A DNA stretch of 64,000 nucleotides from NCBI RefSeq assembly GCF_018350175.1, contig NC_058368.1:39310001-39374000 (forward strand), given 5' to 3'. Below are positions 62,901 through 64,000 of the stretch, piece by piece. Position numbers and translations under genes: made by a program. The stretch is from Felis catus (lineage: Eukaryota). How positions within the stretch are numbered: position 1 is the stretch's first letter; each line of letters starts with the position of its first letter. The notes below the pieces were generated by a model. It did no database searches. It saw only the letters and a list, made by a program, of their open reading frames with translations, and was not told the DNA's origin.

Positions 62901-64000
62901 TGCTGAGGCATAAAAAAGCTTGAAGTTTTGCAAAAACTATCAGTGAGTTTAATTGTTTGAAATTTGGAATATTTGAGTTATGACAATGTTAGAAGAATAA
63001 TGTAGACATAGTTGACCATGGAAGGCAGAAAGGTGGCAGTTTGGTCATGAAGAGCCTCTGAGGTTTATCACATTTTAGTAAAGGCAGGCAAGTTTCTAGT
63101 GACAACTATCCCCCACTTGTAAGTTGACTAACATAAGATATATATAATTTATTTGTTATATAACAGTATTGAGCAATGTTTTTAGGCCTGCTTTCCTCCA
63201 TGCCGTTATTCATAAACCCTGGCTCCTTCCATGTTTGATACTGTCCTCTTTTAGTATATAGCCAGCAGAAACTAAAAGAGCATGGAGATAACATTCAAAG
63301 AAGTTTTATAAACCACTCGTGAAGGAAGTGTATGTTGTTTGCACTGAAAATGCATTTCAGAAAATATAGATAGGCAAGTAACCAAATCCAGGAAGTCTGA
63401 GAAGTGTAGTTTAGCTGTAGGAAGGGGAGGAGGGAATAGGAGCTCAAGCACAAGAGGTACCATTATGCCTGTGGGAACCTATGAAATGATTCCTAGTGAG
63501 GAGACCGTTCACACTGTGGGAAGCAAATTGTGAAAAATACAGCTTTTCCTTTCCATTCAAGTCAAGGAAAACAAAAAGTTGAAATGATTGTCAAATGCTG
63601 TAACCACACATTCTTTTGTGTATAAGATCTACACACAAAATAATTTTTTAAAATAAAATAAAGGTACCCACTCACTTGGAAATTCATAGGCCTTTATTGA
63701 CCCTAACAAAGTCTAACAGCAAGGGACAGTAAAGACAAACCATTTTTAATTGAACCGTGGGGTTAGAGATTTACAATCATCAAGTGCAGACTCCTTTGCC
63801 AAGAAGATTGATAGGGAAATGATAAATCGTGTGTTAGTAGAGGTGAGCTTAATGTTGAGAAAGGGTGTGGGTGTGTGTTTGTGTGTGTGTAAGATGAGAA
63901 AGACAATGCTTGACAATAGCTGGAAACCCAAAATGGAAATACTATTTCTAATATGTCAAAATGTATATGGAAATCTGATGGGATGAAATATATAGTATGG

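Overview
AT-rich, repeat-dense mammalian genomic DNA from a felid. The evidence is numerous feline-type Can-SINEs and an ERV-DC/RD-114-family LTR, which points to genus Felis. I found no protein-coding exon I can assign to a known gene. The ORFs I could interpret are LINE-1 remnants, SINE/LTR read-through or likely chance frames, so the window looks intergenic or deep-intronic. It holds a decayed full-length LINE-1 (~11.3-18.4 kb, minus), several truncated L1s, about 20 Can-SINEs (four nearly identical and young), many solo LTRs, and old L2/MIR/MER elements. Most notable: (1) an intact 555-bp ERV-DC-type gammaretroviral solo LTR with a perfect 4-bp TSD (6797-7351); (2) a U3-R end of an ERV transcript apparently retroposed by L1, with poly(A), TSD and no U5 (45585-45788); (3) a CpG-retaining unique segment with CRE, MYB, RFX-half and STAT-like sites between two divergent TATA boxes (~32650-32980); (4) a TATA-Inr-exon-intron-exon layout at 21443-21693 that may be an unannotated transcript 5' end; (5) one L1 endonuclease site used twice. 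Repeat family names come from recalled consensus sequences, not a database search, and boundaries of old elements are approximate.
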